A DNA stretch of 64,000 bases, from the NCBI GenBank assembly GCA_965207065.1, contig OZ242260.1, positions 2,784,001 to 2,848,000 on the forward strand, read 5' to 3'. Origin of the DNA: a bacterium. GTDB taxonomy: Bacteria > UBA8248. The translations under genes and the position numbers were made by a program. The notes beneath the pieces were generated by a model. That model was not told where the DNA came from. It did no database searches and saw nothing but the letters and a program-made list of their open reading frames with translations. Below are positions 48,464 through 57,759 of this stretch, in pieces. Position 1 is the stretch's first letter. Each line of letters opens with the position of its first letter.

Positions 48464-48789
48464 TGCCTTTCGCGGTTCACCTGACCGAGGACGCGGCGCG
48501 CGACCTGGAAGATATCTGCGAAACCATCGAACGGCGCGATTCACCCGCCGGCGCCGCCCATGTGCTCGACAGAATCGAAGAGGCGTTTACCGGCCTTTGC
48601 GAACATCCCCGGCGCGGCGCTTTCCCGAAGGAATTGCTGGATATCGGGATTCGCGAATACCGCGAGGTATTTTTCAAGCCCTACCGGATTATCTACCGGG
48701 TGCGGGAGGAGAGCGTATATGTGCTCCTGATCGCCGACGGCAGGCGCGACATGCGGACGCTGCTGGAGCGGCGTTTGCTTTTGGCGTGA
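48463..48789 (+). CDS. RelE/ParE family toxin
   Basis: V.LTEDAARDLEDI, YRE..FKPYRIIYRV, DGRRDM..LL; TGATG coupling to antitoxin. Confidence 0.92.
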   Translation: MPFAVHLTEDAARDLEDICETIERRDSPAGAAHVLDRIEEAFTGLCEHPRRGAFPKELLDIGIREYREVFFKPYRIIYRVREESVYVLLIADGRRDMRTLLERRLLLA

Positions 48790-48957
48790 AACACGAACCG
48801 AGTGAATTTAAGAGTGTGCGCGTAGCCGGGCGGTTGAAGGGGAGGATGCCCGGCGAACCCTCCCTCATCGGTCGGGTTCGACTCTTTGACTTCCCGCGCG
48901 CCCTAGGCGAGACTGATCGAACTGGCTGCTCCACGAGGACAGACCGGAAATAGCCGA

Positions 48958-49290
48958 ATGACGGAATACGAAGCCGCAAACCTTGCCGTGCAACAATCTG
49001 CCCTCGCCTTGCAACAAGCCGCGATATGGGTCGCCGCCGCCGTCGGGGCCGCGCAATGCAGCCTCATCGGAATTGGCCTCTACATCATGCGGCAGGCCTC
49101 GAAGCAACGCGACGCCCTGCACAGGGAAACCATAACGGCGCTGAACGCTCAGCGTGAGGCGCAAAGCGAACAGCACCGGGAAACCATGAAGGCGCTGGAA
49201 GGCCAACACAAGGCGCTGGAAAACCAGAGCGAAGCGCTCCGGGAACTCATCCGCCGTACGTCTGCGCCTTCGGCGCAGGAGGACGGTTGA
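48958..49290 (+). CDS. Small single-TM coiled-coil protein, paralog C
   Basis: MTEYE, VG.AQC.LI..GL..M, HRETM.AL, LIRRTS shared with paralogs A and B. Confidence 0.8.
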   Translation: MTEYEAANLAVQQSALALQQAAIWVAAAVGAAQCSLIGIGLYIMRQASKQRDALHRETITALNAQREAQSEQHRETMKALEGQHKALENQSEALRELIRRTSAPSAQEDG

Positions 49291-49452
49291 AGTGAGAATC
49301 ACCGCCTCCTCCGTCTTTTCTCTTTCCTTACCCTAGCTTCCAAGCGCGCGCATTTTTCGTGCAAAATGAAGAACTGCTTTGCGCGCACACGTGCGGAGGC
49401 GAAGCCGGTGCGGTGGTAGAGGATGTGTCAAAGGGAGCGGTTTTCGAGATGT

Positions 49453-49481
49453 TTGTTTCTGGTCTTGATGTCATGTATAAT
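49453..49481 (+). promoter_or_regulatory. Putative promoter of deaminase-like/ABC cassette
   Basis: TTGTTT, 17-bp spacer, TATAAT. Confidence 0.6.
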
Positions 49482-49588
49482 TTTCTCATCATCGGCAATT
49501 CATAAGATATTGTGGGTTTTGCGGCTCCTGCCGTGGACCGACAATTCAAGCCAGCGGGAATGCCCAATCTACAGAGGAGATTGGAGCA

Positions 49589-51358
49589 ATGTCCTCACGC
49601 CGAGCCCTGATCGATGTCGCCCTAGGCAATGAACCTGCGGAACTCGCCATCACGAATGGCCGCGTCGTCAATGTACATACCCGTGAAATCTATAGCGCCG
49701 GGGTTGCAATAAAAGGCGACCGGATAGCGGCGGTCGGCGATATCGATTACGCGATCGGTGAGAACACGGAAGTGATCGACGCTGAGAACCGCTATGTAAC
49801 ACCCGGCCTGGTCGACGGCCACCTCCACATGTATCACTCCTACCTGGGCGTGAACGAGTTCGTCGAGGGGATGCTGCGGCATGGCGTCACCGCCTACGCA
49901 GACGGCTTCTATGGCCAGGGGATCGTCGGCGGCCGGGAAGCGATCCGGTTTTTCAAGGATGCGCTCGAAGCCACCCCTCTCAGGCTTATATTCCTGGTCC
50001 CCACCCTCTCGCACCTGCAGAACCGCGAACTCGGCCTCGAGCCCACACCAGGCATCAGCGTAGAAGAGATGAACGAGATGCTCGACTGGGAAAACTGCGT
50101 GGGTCTGGAGGAACCGCCGTTCCTGCCGGTCTGCGAGAAGTGGGAAGATTATCTGGACCTCTTCGACCGGTGCCTGGAGCAGCGCAAAACGATTACGGGG
50201 CATGCCGCCGGCGCCAGTTGGCGCCAGATGCAGGCATACGCCGCGGTCGGGACCAGTACCGACCACGAGTCCGTTGCGACCGACGAGGCGGTCGACAAGA
50301 CCCGGGCCGGCTTTCGCCTGCTCATGCGTCTCGGGTCAGGCGCGATTGACGTGCCCGAACTCGTAAAGGCGTATCTTGAGCACAAGGTCGACCCGAGAGC
50401 GCTTGCCATGTGCGCCGATCTCGCTTCGCCGGAGAAACTGCTGCGCGAAGGCGGAGTCGATGCAAATATCCGCGTGGCCGTTCGAAATGGCGTGCCGCCT
50501 GTAATCGCGGTTCAGATGGCGACCATCAATGTCGCCGAGGCCTTCTATTTGCAGAGGGACATGGGGGCGGTCGCTCCAGGCCGCTACGCCGACATCCTGC
50601 TCGTCGACGACCTGGTCACATTTGATATCTCCCGCGTATTCGTCGGCGGGGAGACCGTAGTCCGGGACGGCGAGTTCCTGGCGGACCTGACCCCCATCGA
50701 GTATCCAGGCAACTTCCGCGGGACGGTCAGGATCGAACGTGAGATCGCCCCTGTTGCTCTCGAACCTCGGACCGATGAGGAGGGCCCGGTGACCGTTCGG
50801 GTGATCGGCGTGACGGACGGCAGCCTCGTAACCGATGACGGAAGGGCGGTCCTCGACGTTAAAGACGGCGTGATTCAGCCGGATCTTGACAACGACGTCC
50901 TGCCGCTGACGATGGCCGATCGGTTCGGCAAGGGAGGGGGGCGCATCGGCAACGGCTTCGTGCGCGGCTTCGGGCTGAAGCGCGGGGCGATTGCGTCGAC
51001 CGTCAACGCCGTCTGCGAGAATCTGGTTGCGGTCGGCGCGAGCACGTCCGATATGGCGTTCGCCATGAACAAGCTCGCCGAGATCGGCGGCGGAAAGATA
51101 GTCGTTGCCGATGGCGAGATCCTCGCGCTGGTGGAGTTGCCCCTTCTCGGGCTTTTGTCCGAAGAACCGACGGAGACGGTTACGGCGAAGTTCGACAGGG
51201 CGTTCGACGCCATACGCGATCTCGGGTGCGATCTCGCGAGTCCGTTCTCGCAGCTTGAGTTCAGCTTCGCCTGCGGCGAAATCGGCGATCTGCGGCTTTC
51301 CGACGAAGGGTTGTTGCGGGTTGACCCGCCGGAGATGGTGTCGTTGGTCGTAGAATGA
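49589..51358 (+). CDS. Adenine deaminase (AdeC)-family amidohydrolase with altered active site
   Basis: N-terminal beta domain, PGLVDGHLH, TDHE, ATIN.AE, G.VAPGRYAD, AdeC C-terminal domain; several signature motifs changed. Confidence 0.8.
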   Translation: MSSRRALIDVALGNEPAELAITNGRVVNVHTREIYSAGVAIKGDRIAAVGDIDYAIGENTEVIDAENRYVTPGLVDGHLHMYHSYLGVNEFVEGMLRHGVTAYADGFYGQGIVGGREAIRFFKDALEATPLRLIFLVPTLSHLQNRELGLEPTPGISVEEMNEMLDWENCVGLEEPPFLPVCEKWEDYLDLFDRCLEQRKTITGHAAGASWRQMQAYAAVGTSTDHESVATDEAVDKTRAGFRLLMRLGSGAIDVPELVKAYLEHKVDPRALAMCADLASPEKLLREGGVDANIRVAVRNGVPPVIAVQMATINVAEAFYLQRDMGAVAPGRYADILLVDDLVTFDISRVFVGGETVVRDGEFLADLTPIEYPGNFRGTVRIEREIAPVALEPRTDEEGPVTVRVIGVTDGSLVTDDGRAVLDVKDGVIQPDLDNDVLPLTMADRFGKGGGRIGNGFVRGFGLKRGAIASTVNAVCENLVAVGASTSDMAFAMNKLAEIGGGKIVVADGEILALVELPLLGLLSEEPTETVTAKFDRAFDAIRDLGCDLASPFSQLEFSFACGEIGDLRLSDEGLLRVDPPEMVSLVVE

Positions 51359-51386
51359 CGCAAACCGGAAACAAGAGGGAGAGATC

Positions 51387-52148
51387 ATGAGTGACGGAAA
51401 GCTGGCGGGCCGCGTCGCAATCGTGACCGGTGGATCGCGGGGGCTTGGACAGGCGATTGCGTGGGAATTCGCGAATGAGGGCGCCGACGTGGCCGTGGTC
51501 GGCCGAGACGAAGACGCCCTCTCTGAAACGATTGACGGCATCGAGCAGCGCGGCGGAAAGGCCGTCGCCATTGCGGCGGAACTCCGTGAAGTCGCCTCGA
51601 TTCCAGGGGTCTTCGACAAAGCCGAGAGCGAACTCGGCGAGTCGACGATTCTTGTCAACAGTGCGGGCGTACAGGGGGATCGTCCTGCGCTCGATGTCAC
51701 CGAGGAGCAGTATGACGAAGTAGCCGACACCAACATGAAGGCGCTGTTCTTCTGCTGCCAGGAGGCCGGCAAGCGGTGGATCGATCGCAAGAGCGGCGGG
51801 CGCATCATCAACCTCGGCTCTATTTTCGCCGTCGTCGGGATGCCCAATTTCTCGGTCTATTGTTCAACAAAAGGCGGCGTGCTGCTGCTGTCCAAAGCGC
51901 TCGCGATCGAGTGGGGGCCACACGGAATCAACGTCAACCTGATCGGCCCCTGCGCCACGATGACAGACATGGTAAGGCCGCTGTTCGACGACCCCGATTT
52001 CAAGGCGGCTTACATGCCGCGGGTGCCCGCAGGCGCCCTTCCAGAACCCCTGGACATCGGCAGGGCAGCCGTCTTCCTGGCCTCGGACGACGCTCGGATG
52101 ATCCATGGACACCATCTACTCGTCGACTCCGGCTATACGACCAACTAA
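51387..52148 (+). CDS. SDR family oxidoreductase
   Basis: TGGSRGLG, VNSAG, YCSTK, GINVN. Confidence 0.93.
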   Translation: MSDGKLAGRVAIVTGGSRGLGQAIAWEFANEGADVAVVGRDEDALSETIDGIEQRGGKAVAIAAELREVASIPGVFDKAESELGESTILVNSAGVQGDRPALDVTEEQYDEVADTNMKALFFCCQEAGKRWIDRKSGGRIINLGSIFAVVGMPNFSVYCSTKGGVLLLSKALAIEWGPHGINVNLIGPCATMTDMVRPLFDDPDFKAAYMPRVPAGALPEPLDIGRAAVFLASDDARMIHGHHLLVDSGYTTN

Positions 52149-52166
52149 TCGAGGTTCGGGGGGGCT

Positions 52167-53270
52167 GTGACCCTGGTGACTGACCAAAGCGATACACCAG
52201 GCGGTCCTATAGCAGTCGACCAACCCGGGAACGGTCCCCAACAGGTAACGACCTGGGCCGTCGGCGCTTTGGAACGTACGCGTGGTCTGCTGCGTCACGA
52301 GGTGCAGCTGCTGCTCGCCCTCGTCCTCCTCTACCTCGGGTTTTCGATCATAGAACCCGACATCTTTATCTCCATCAGGACCATCGAGAATCTCGCCAGA
52401 CAGGCGGGCGTCCTGCTGGTCGCCAGCGTCGGGCAGATGCTGGTGCTCGTCGTGGGCGGGTTCGACATCTCGGTCGGAGCTACCGCGGGACTCGCATCCA
52501 CGGCGCTCGCGCTGCTCGTTGACGATTTCGGGTTGTACGGGGCCGTTACGGCGGCGTTGGCGCTCGGAGCCCTTGTCGGCTCCGTCAACGGTCTTGTGAT
52601 CGCGTATCTGGGGGTCAATCCCTTCGTGGCTACATTGGCGATGCTGACATTCCTGACCGGGTTGTCAAACGAACTGAGCAGCGGCGCTTCGGTTCCGATT
52701 ACCGACCGGGGTGTGAGCGCGTTCGGGGCGGACGAGTGGGGGCCGCTGCCGGGGACAATGGGCGTTGGACTGGTAGTCGTATTCATTGCATACCTGCTTC
52801 TCAACCGCCTCAGGGCGGGTCTCTACATCTATGCGATCGGGGGGGGGCGCGAGACGGCGCGTCTGTCGGGGATTTCGGTCGCCCGTTACGAGGTTCTCGC
52901 CTATGCGATGTGCGGCTTTTTTGCGGCCGTCGCCGGGGTCATGCTCGCATCCAGGGTCACGCTGGGACAGGCAAGCCTCGGGGCTGGCCTGGAGCTTGAA
53001 TCCATCGCCGCGGCGGTGATCGGGGGCGCCGCGATCGGCGGCGGAGTCGGCCGGCTGCTTGGCGCTGCGATGGGGGTGGGGATCTTGACGGTTCTCACCA
53101 GCGGTCTCGAGATCGTCGGTGTTTCGGAGTTCGCGCGCCAGATGGTTACCGGCGTCGTGCTGGTTGTAGCGGTCGCCTTCAACCAACGAGGACGGCTGGG
53201 TGAATGGGCGATCTTCAAGCAAGCGAAATTACTGCTCCGCGGCCGCGGCGAACGGCCCCGCGGTCCTTGA
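52167..53270 (+). CDS. Sugar-type ABC permease (RbsC-like; start uncertain)
   Basis: GGFDISVG, NPFVATL, YAIGG...ARLSGI, ELESIAAAVIGG. Confidence 0.9.
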   Translation: MTLVTDQSDTPGGPIAVDQPGNGPQQVTTWAVGALERTRGLLRHEVQLLLALVLLYLGFSIIEPDIFISIRTIENLARQAGVLLVASVGQMLVLVVGGFDISVGATAGLASTALALLVDDFGLYGAVTAALALGALVGSVNGLVIAYLGVNPFVATLAMLTFLTGLSNELSSGASVPITDRGVSAFGADEWGPLPGTMGVGLVVVFIAYLLLNRLRAGLYIYAIGGGRETARLSGISVARYEVLAYAMCGFFAAVAGVMLASRVTLGQASLGAGLELESIAAAVIGGAAIGGGVGRLLGAAMGVGILTVLTSGLEIVGVSEFARQMVTGVVLVVAVAFNQRGRLGEWAIFKQAKLLLRGRGERPRGP

Positions 53271-53306
53271 CGCAACATATCGTTTCCACTGCCAAAGGAG
53301 AACACC

Positions 53307-54428
53307 ATGCGTATGAAATATTTGATTGCCATGCTGAGTCTCGTCACGTTGATGCTTATGTTCTGGGGAGGGAGCGAGGTGAGCGCCCAGGCCATCAAGA
53401 TCAGTCCAAAAGATGCGGCCTATGCGAAGTATCAGGCGCTTTCGACGGCGAAGAAGTTGCATTCGAATCTTCCCTGCACGGTTTCTCCTACCCCGAAGGA
53501 AGCCGCTGCGTACCGCGCGCCAAAGGCGAAGCGCAGGTACACGATCGGCTTCATGGAGCCCACGCTGGCGGGACACTATTACCAGGCAGGCTCGAGCGGC
53601 GCGGTCAAGGCCGCCAAAGAGGCGGGCGTGAAGCTCGAGTTCGTTTCGGCGGGCACCGGATACGCGTCGCCCGAGCAGCAGTTCAAACAGGCCGAGCGTC
53701 TCCTGCTGAAAGGCGTGGACGCAGTCGCCGTCATCCCGACCGATATCCAAGGCGGGGTCGCAATCACCAACCTTTTCCTCCGCGAGAAAATTCCGGTCGT
53801 GATCGTGGCCACCGAGTCCAGCTCGCCGGATGCATACATGGTGATGCAGGACGACTACCAGATGGGCCGAGATTCGGCTGACCTGCTGGTGAAAGAGACC
53901 GGCCCGAATGCCGGGAAGGGCATCGTGATCGCCGGGCCGGCCAACGCCACCTGGTCTGCCAAGCGGGCGGCCGGTTTCGCGGATCGGGTGAAAGAAAAAT
54001 ACCCGGGCGTCAAGATCGCCGTCTCGGCGACGCAGAATGTCGATCCCGCCCAAGGGCTGAAATCATTCGAGAACGCGGTTCAGGCCCATCCTGATATCAA
54101 ATGGGTGTATTCGGTCTTTAACCTGCTGCTCGATCCCGACTCGCTGCCGGCGCGGTACAAGAAAGTGGCTTTCGTCACGAACGGCCTGGACCCTGCCTCC
54201 ATTCAGGATTTGAAAGAGGGTCAATACTCGACGATCATCGGCATCACACCGACTCCGATGGGGTACCAGGGGGTCGGTCACGCCGTGTCGATCCTGAATG
54301 GCGATCAGAACGTGCCCGCCCTGGTGTGCATCCCGCTGACGCGGTACACCGCAAAAGACATGCCGCCCGACAAAACGGCGGTGACGCTGGAGCTTATCCA
54401 GAAAGGGTTTGAGGTCTCGGCTAAATAA
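53307..54428 (+). CDS. Periplasmic binding protein type 1 (RbsB/TorT-like)
   Basis: Signal peptide, AVKAAKEAGV, GVDAVAV, GPANATW...RAAGF. Confidence 0.82.
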   Translation: MRMKYLIAMLSLVTLMLMFWGGSEVSAQAIKISPKDAAYAKYQALSTAKKLHSNLPCTVSPTPKEAAAYRAPKAKRRYTIGFMEPTLAGHYYQAGSSGAVKAAKEAGVKLEFVSAGTGYASPEQQFKQAERLLLKGVDAVAVIPTDIQGGVAITNLFLREKIPVVIVATESSSPDAYMVMQDDYQMGRDSADLLVKETGPNAGKGIVIAGPANATWSAKRAAGFADRVKEKYPGVKIAVSATQNVDPAQGLKSFENAVQAHPDIKWVYSVFNLLLDPDSLPARYKKVAFVTNGLDPASIQDLKEGQYSTIIGITPTPMGYQGVGHAVSILNGDQNVPALVCIPLTRYTAKDMPPDKTAVTLELIQKGFEVSAK

Positions 54429-54474
54429 TGACCAACCAGCAGCGCTTCGCTCGCGAGCCTGGTGGTCGCAGAGG

Positions 54475-56013
54475 ATGGAATTGCTGAATTCCCCGGTCGA
54501 AGAACGTCGCGTTCCCGCCATCGGGATGCAGAACGTCACCAAAACGTTCCCCGGCGTAAGGGCTCTGGATCGCGTCAGTTTTGATGTCGACCACGGTGAG
54601 ATACACGCGCTGGTCGGGGAGAACGGGTCGGGAAAGTCCACACTCTTGAAGCTGATGGTGGGCGCTTTCCCGATGGACTCCGGGCAGATCCGCATCAACG
54701 GGGATGAGGTGCGGCTGCGCTCACCGCGTGAAGCCAGGAAGCGATACGGCATCAAGTTGATGCCGCAGGATGTCGAACTGTGCGGGCAACTGATTACCGG
54801 TCGCAACATCATGCTGGGCCTCGAGGGGGCGCTGGTCGACCGGAACAGGCTCTCGCGCCGCGAGCGATCCATGACGACGGAAGTCCTCCGCCTGATCGGC
54901 GCTCACGTGGATCCCCTGGTCTTGGGGGAGGATTTAAGCACACCGGAGGCCCGGTTTATCCAGATCGCCCACGCACTCTTGCCTCCGGTGAACGTGGTCC
55001 TTTGTGACGAGCCGACGGCGGTGCTCTCCGCAGTAGATGCCGAGGCGCTGCTGGCCACCCTGACCCGGATTCGGAGCGAAGCGGGTACGGCCATTGTGTA
55101 TGTCAGCCACCGGATCGGTGAAGTCCTCCAGATAGCCGACCGCATCACTATCCTGCGCGACGGCCTCAGCGTCGGTACGTTCCGGCGCGACGAGATCGAC
55201 CGGCAACAAATCATTGAACTGATGACCAAGTCCGCGCGCGCCGGCAGGCAAGGGGCGCCGGCTCAAGACGCTGCCCGGAGCGCAGCGAAAGGAGGCAAGC
55301 TGGCGGTTAAGTCGCTCAGGCTCGGTCGAAGCTTTTCAGACGTTTCGTTCGAAGTAGAGGCGGGACAAATTGTGGGAATCGCCGGCGCCCAGGGTGCGGG
55401 ATTCGGCCCGCTGCTCGCTACTATCGCGGGCCGTACTAAATACGACGCCGGCTCAATCGAACTGGATGGGGTCTCCATTCCGCCCGGATCGACCACGAGT
55501 GCGTACAGACATGGGGTCGCGCTGGTCCCTGCCGACCGGCGGCAAGCGGGCATCGTCCCATCACTCACGGTTCGGGAGAACATCGCCTTGCCCGTTTCAG
55601 GCTCGCTGGGGCGATACGGTTTCCGGCTTCGCCGGACCGAGCGGGAGACGAGCCGAAAGAGCGCTGAGATATTCGATATCAGGGGAGCCGGGTTGAACAC
55701 CCTGGCCGGGAACCTGAGCGGCGGCAACCAGCAGAAACTGGCGATTGCCCGATCCCTTCAGGGGGATCCCAAGTTTCTCCTCCTCGAAGAACCCACGCAA
55801 GGCATCGATATCGGCGCCAAGTCCGAGATCCGCCATTACATCAGCAGGCTCGTCCGTGACGAAGGAATGGGCGCGCTGGTTGCAAGCTCCGAGTTTGAAG
55901 ATCTCATCGGCTTTTCGGACGTCCTCCATGTGATGCGCCTGGGCCGGGTCGTCGCGACGTTCGACGGGAAGACGGCGACCTACTCGGATATCCTTCACGC
56001 AGCGCTCCCGTAA
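54475..56013 (+). CDS. Sugar ABC ATP-binding protein with two NBDs (RbsA-like)
   Basis: K.FPGVRALD, GENGSGKST, DEPTA, VSHR, LSGGNQQK, EEPTQGID.GAK. Confidence 0.93.
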   Translation: MELLNSPVEERRVPAIGMQNVTKTFPGVRALDRVSFDVDHGEIHALVGENGSGKSTLLKLMVGAFPMDSGQIRINGDEVRLRSPREARKRYGIKLMPQDVELCGQLITGRNIMLGLEGALVDRNRLSRRERSMTTEVLRLIGAHVDPLVLGEDLSTPEARFIQIAHALLPPVNVVLCDEPTAVLSAVDAEALLATLTRIRSEAGTAIVYVSHRIGEVLQIADRITILRDGLSVGTFRRDEIDRQQIIELMTKSARAGRQGAPAQDAARSAAKGGKLAVKSLRLGRSFSDVSFEVEAGQIVGIAGAQGAGFGPLLATIAGRTKYDAGSIELDGVSIPPGSTTSAYRHGVALVPADRRQAGIVPSLTVRENIALPVSGSLGRYGFRLRRTERETSRKSAEIFDIRGAGLNTLAGNLSGGNQQKLAIARSLQGDPKFLLLEEPTQGIDIGAKSEIRHYISRLVRDEGMGALVASSEFEDLIGFSDVLHVMRLGRVVATFDGKTATYSDILHAALP

Positions 56014-56555
56014 GGGTTGTCGCTGAGGCTGCGGCGAACGGCGCCGGATTGGCGCGCAACCTCGCCGGGGCATCCTGTTCATGGAGCGACCGCAATCCCT
56101 CGTGTCTGATCTTCATCGTGCGATTGCAACGCGCAGCGCCTTGCGCCACATGCGGCCTGTTTTTATGTAGCTCAGTCTTCTTCATCGAAAGACGGCATCC
56201 GCATTTCCCCGCAATTGCTGTGTCCAAGTTTCCGCCCGTATGGAGCACAATCCCGCGCGGGAAAAATTGTTCCCGACGACTCAAGGAGGGGAGAACATGG
56301 AAACGGCGATTCGGCAACCATCGGGATTGTTCTTCTCCCCGATCGGAATCGACCCGCCCGCGTCCCGGAATCGATGGGTAAGAAATAAGCGAAAAAAGCA
56401 GAAAACAATTCGATAAAATTAGATAAATTCACGGGGTTTTTCGATAAATTTCCGAGATAAAAAAAGCGGCGGTATGCCATAATTGCGCCTGGAAAAACCG
56501 GCGGAAATGAGGGGGGCGTGCGTCCCCGAACCGATGGCGCAAGAGGAGGCGCGAG

Positions 56556-56999
56556 ATGGGTCTGGTGAGCATCAACCATACGAGTTTCACTGTGTCGGAC
56601 GCGGTGGCGATAGCCGGGTGGTACTGCGAAATGCTTGATTTTACTATCGTTTCGGTCGATACCCGGCCCCAGGACTACAGCGAGAAGGTGACGGGCATCA
56701 CAGGCGCGGACCTGCGAATCGTCTACATCAAAGGCGGGGGCTACCACATCGAGCTGGTCGAATACGTGGGCGCGCCCGGCGTGAAGATTGACACCGCCAC
56801 GAACAACGTGGGCAGCGCGCACATCGCCTATAACGTCAATGATCTCAAAGGGATGTACGAGGCGCTGGGGCCCAAGGGGGTGAGGTTCGTCTCGCCGCCC
56901 GTGCCCGTCACGCAAGGCCCCAACACGGGCGGATTCGTCGTCTATCTCGAGGATCCGGACGGCAACACGCTCGAACTCATCGAGAGGCCGGGCGCGTAA
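56556..56999 (+). CDS. VOC family protein
   Basis: INHTSFTVSD, IELVEY, HIAYNV.D, YLEDPDGNTLELIE; GGAGG RBS. Confidence 0.9.
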   Translation: MGLVSINHTSFTVSDAVAIAGWYCEMLDFTIVSVDTRPQDYSEKVTGITGADLRIVYIKGGGYHIELVEYVGAPGVKIDTATNNVGSAHIAYNVNDLKGMYEALGPKGVRFVSPPVPVTQGPNTGGFVVYLEDPDGNTLELIERPGA

Positions 57000-57010
57000 T
57001 CAGATAAGAA

Positions 57011-57727
57011 TCAGAGCGTTACGCTCTCCCCCGGCTCCAGGACGATGACTTCCGTATCCAGGCCGCGTTTGCGCACCTCTTGGGTGAACGCCTCTGGCGT
57101 TCCCGTCAAGTGGGGCAGGCTCGAGTGGTGGATGGGCACGACGCGCTTCGCCTCCAAGAGCTCGCACGCCAGCGCCGCCTGGCGCGCGCCCATGGTGGCC
57201 CTGTCCCCGATGGGCAGGCAGCACAGATCGGGCGCATAGAGGTCGGCGATGATTCGCATGTCGCCGAAAACGGCGGTATCTCCCGCGTGGTAAAGGCGTT
57301 TGCCGTCCTCGAAGGTGAGAATCAGGCCGCAGGGCTCGCCCGTATACTTGAGTTCCGGGCCGTAGGCGCCCCCGTGAAAGGCGTGGGTGAGGGTGAGCTG
57401 GACGCCGCCGAAATCGACCGTGCCGTCCTTTCCCATGGGCGTGGCGTGGGAGCCCAGGTCGTGTTCTGCGGCTATAGTGCGGATGAGGTCCATGTGTCCC
57501 GCCACCGGGCATGGGTTCGCCTCGAAAACGGGGATGACGTCGGCCGTATGGTCGAAATGGCCGTGGGTGAGGCAGATGAGGTCGGCTTTTTGCGGTGTCT
57601 TGAGTTCAGGCGGGCATACGGGGTTCTTCTCGAGCCAGGGGTCGATGTAGATGCGCTTGCCCCCGTCCGTTTCAACCAGAAACGTCGATTGCCCATGAAA
57701 TATCAGCGTTGCGCCCATGTTTCGCAT
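57011..57727 (-). CDS. Metal-dependent hydrolase, UPF0173/MBL fold (start may be 57718)
   Basis: IDPWL..NP, THGHFDH, YHAGDT, LPIGD..TM, PIH. Confidence 0.88.
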   Translation of the reverse strand: MRNMGATLIFHGQSTFLVETDGGKRIYIDPWLEKNPVCPPELKTPQKADLICLTHGHFDHTADVIPVFEANPCPVAGHMDLIRTIAAEHDLGSHATPMGKDGTVDFGGVQLTLTHAFHGGAYGPELKYTGEPCGLILTFEDGKRLYHAGDTAVFGDMRIIADLYAPDLCCLPIGDRATMGARQAALACELLEAKRVVPIHHSSLPHLTGTPEAFTQEVRKRGLDTEVIVLEPGESVTL

Positions 57728-57759
57728 TACCTCCTAAGTGTTTGAATTACCAATGAAAT

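Noticed and set aside
48873-48884. CGGGTTCGACTC as an attR copy of the tRNA-Asp 3' end
   Set aside because: Only a short T-loop-like match; following bases do not match the tRNA and there is no integrase.
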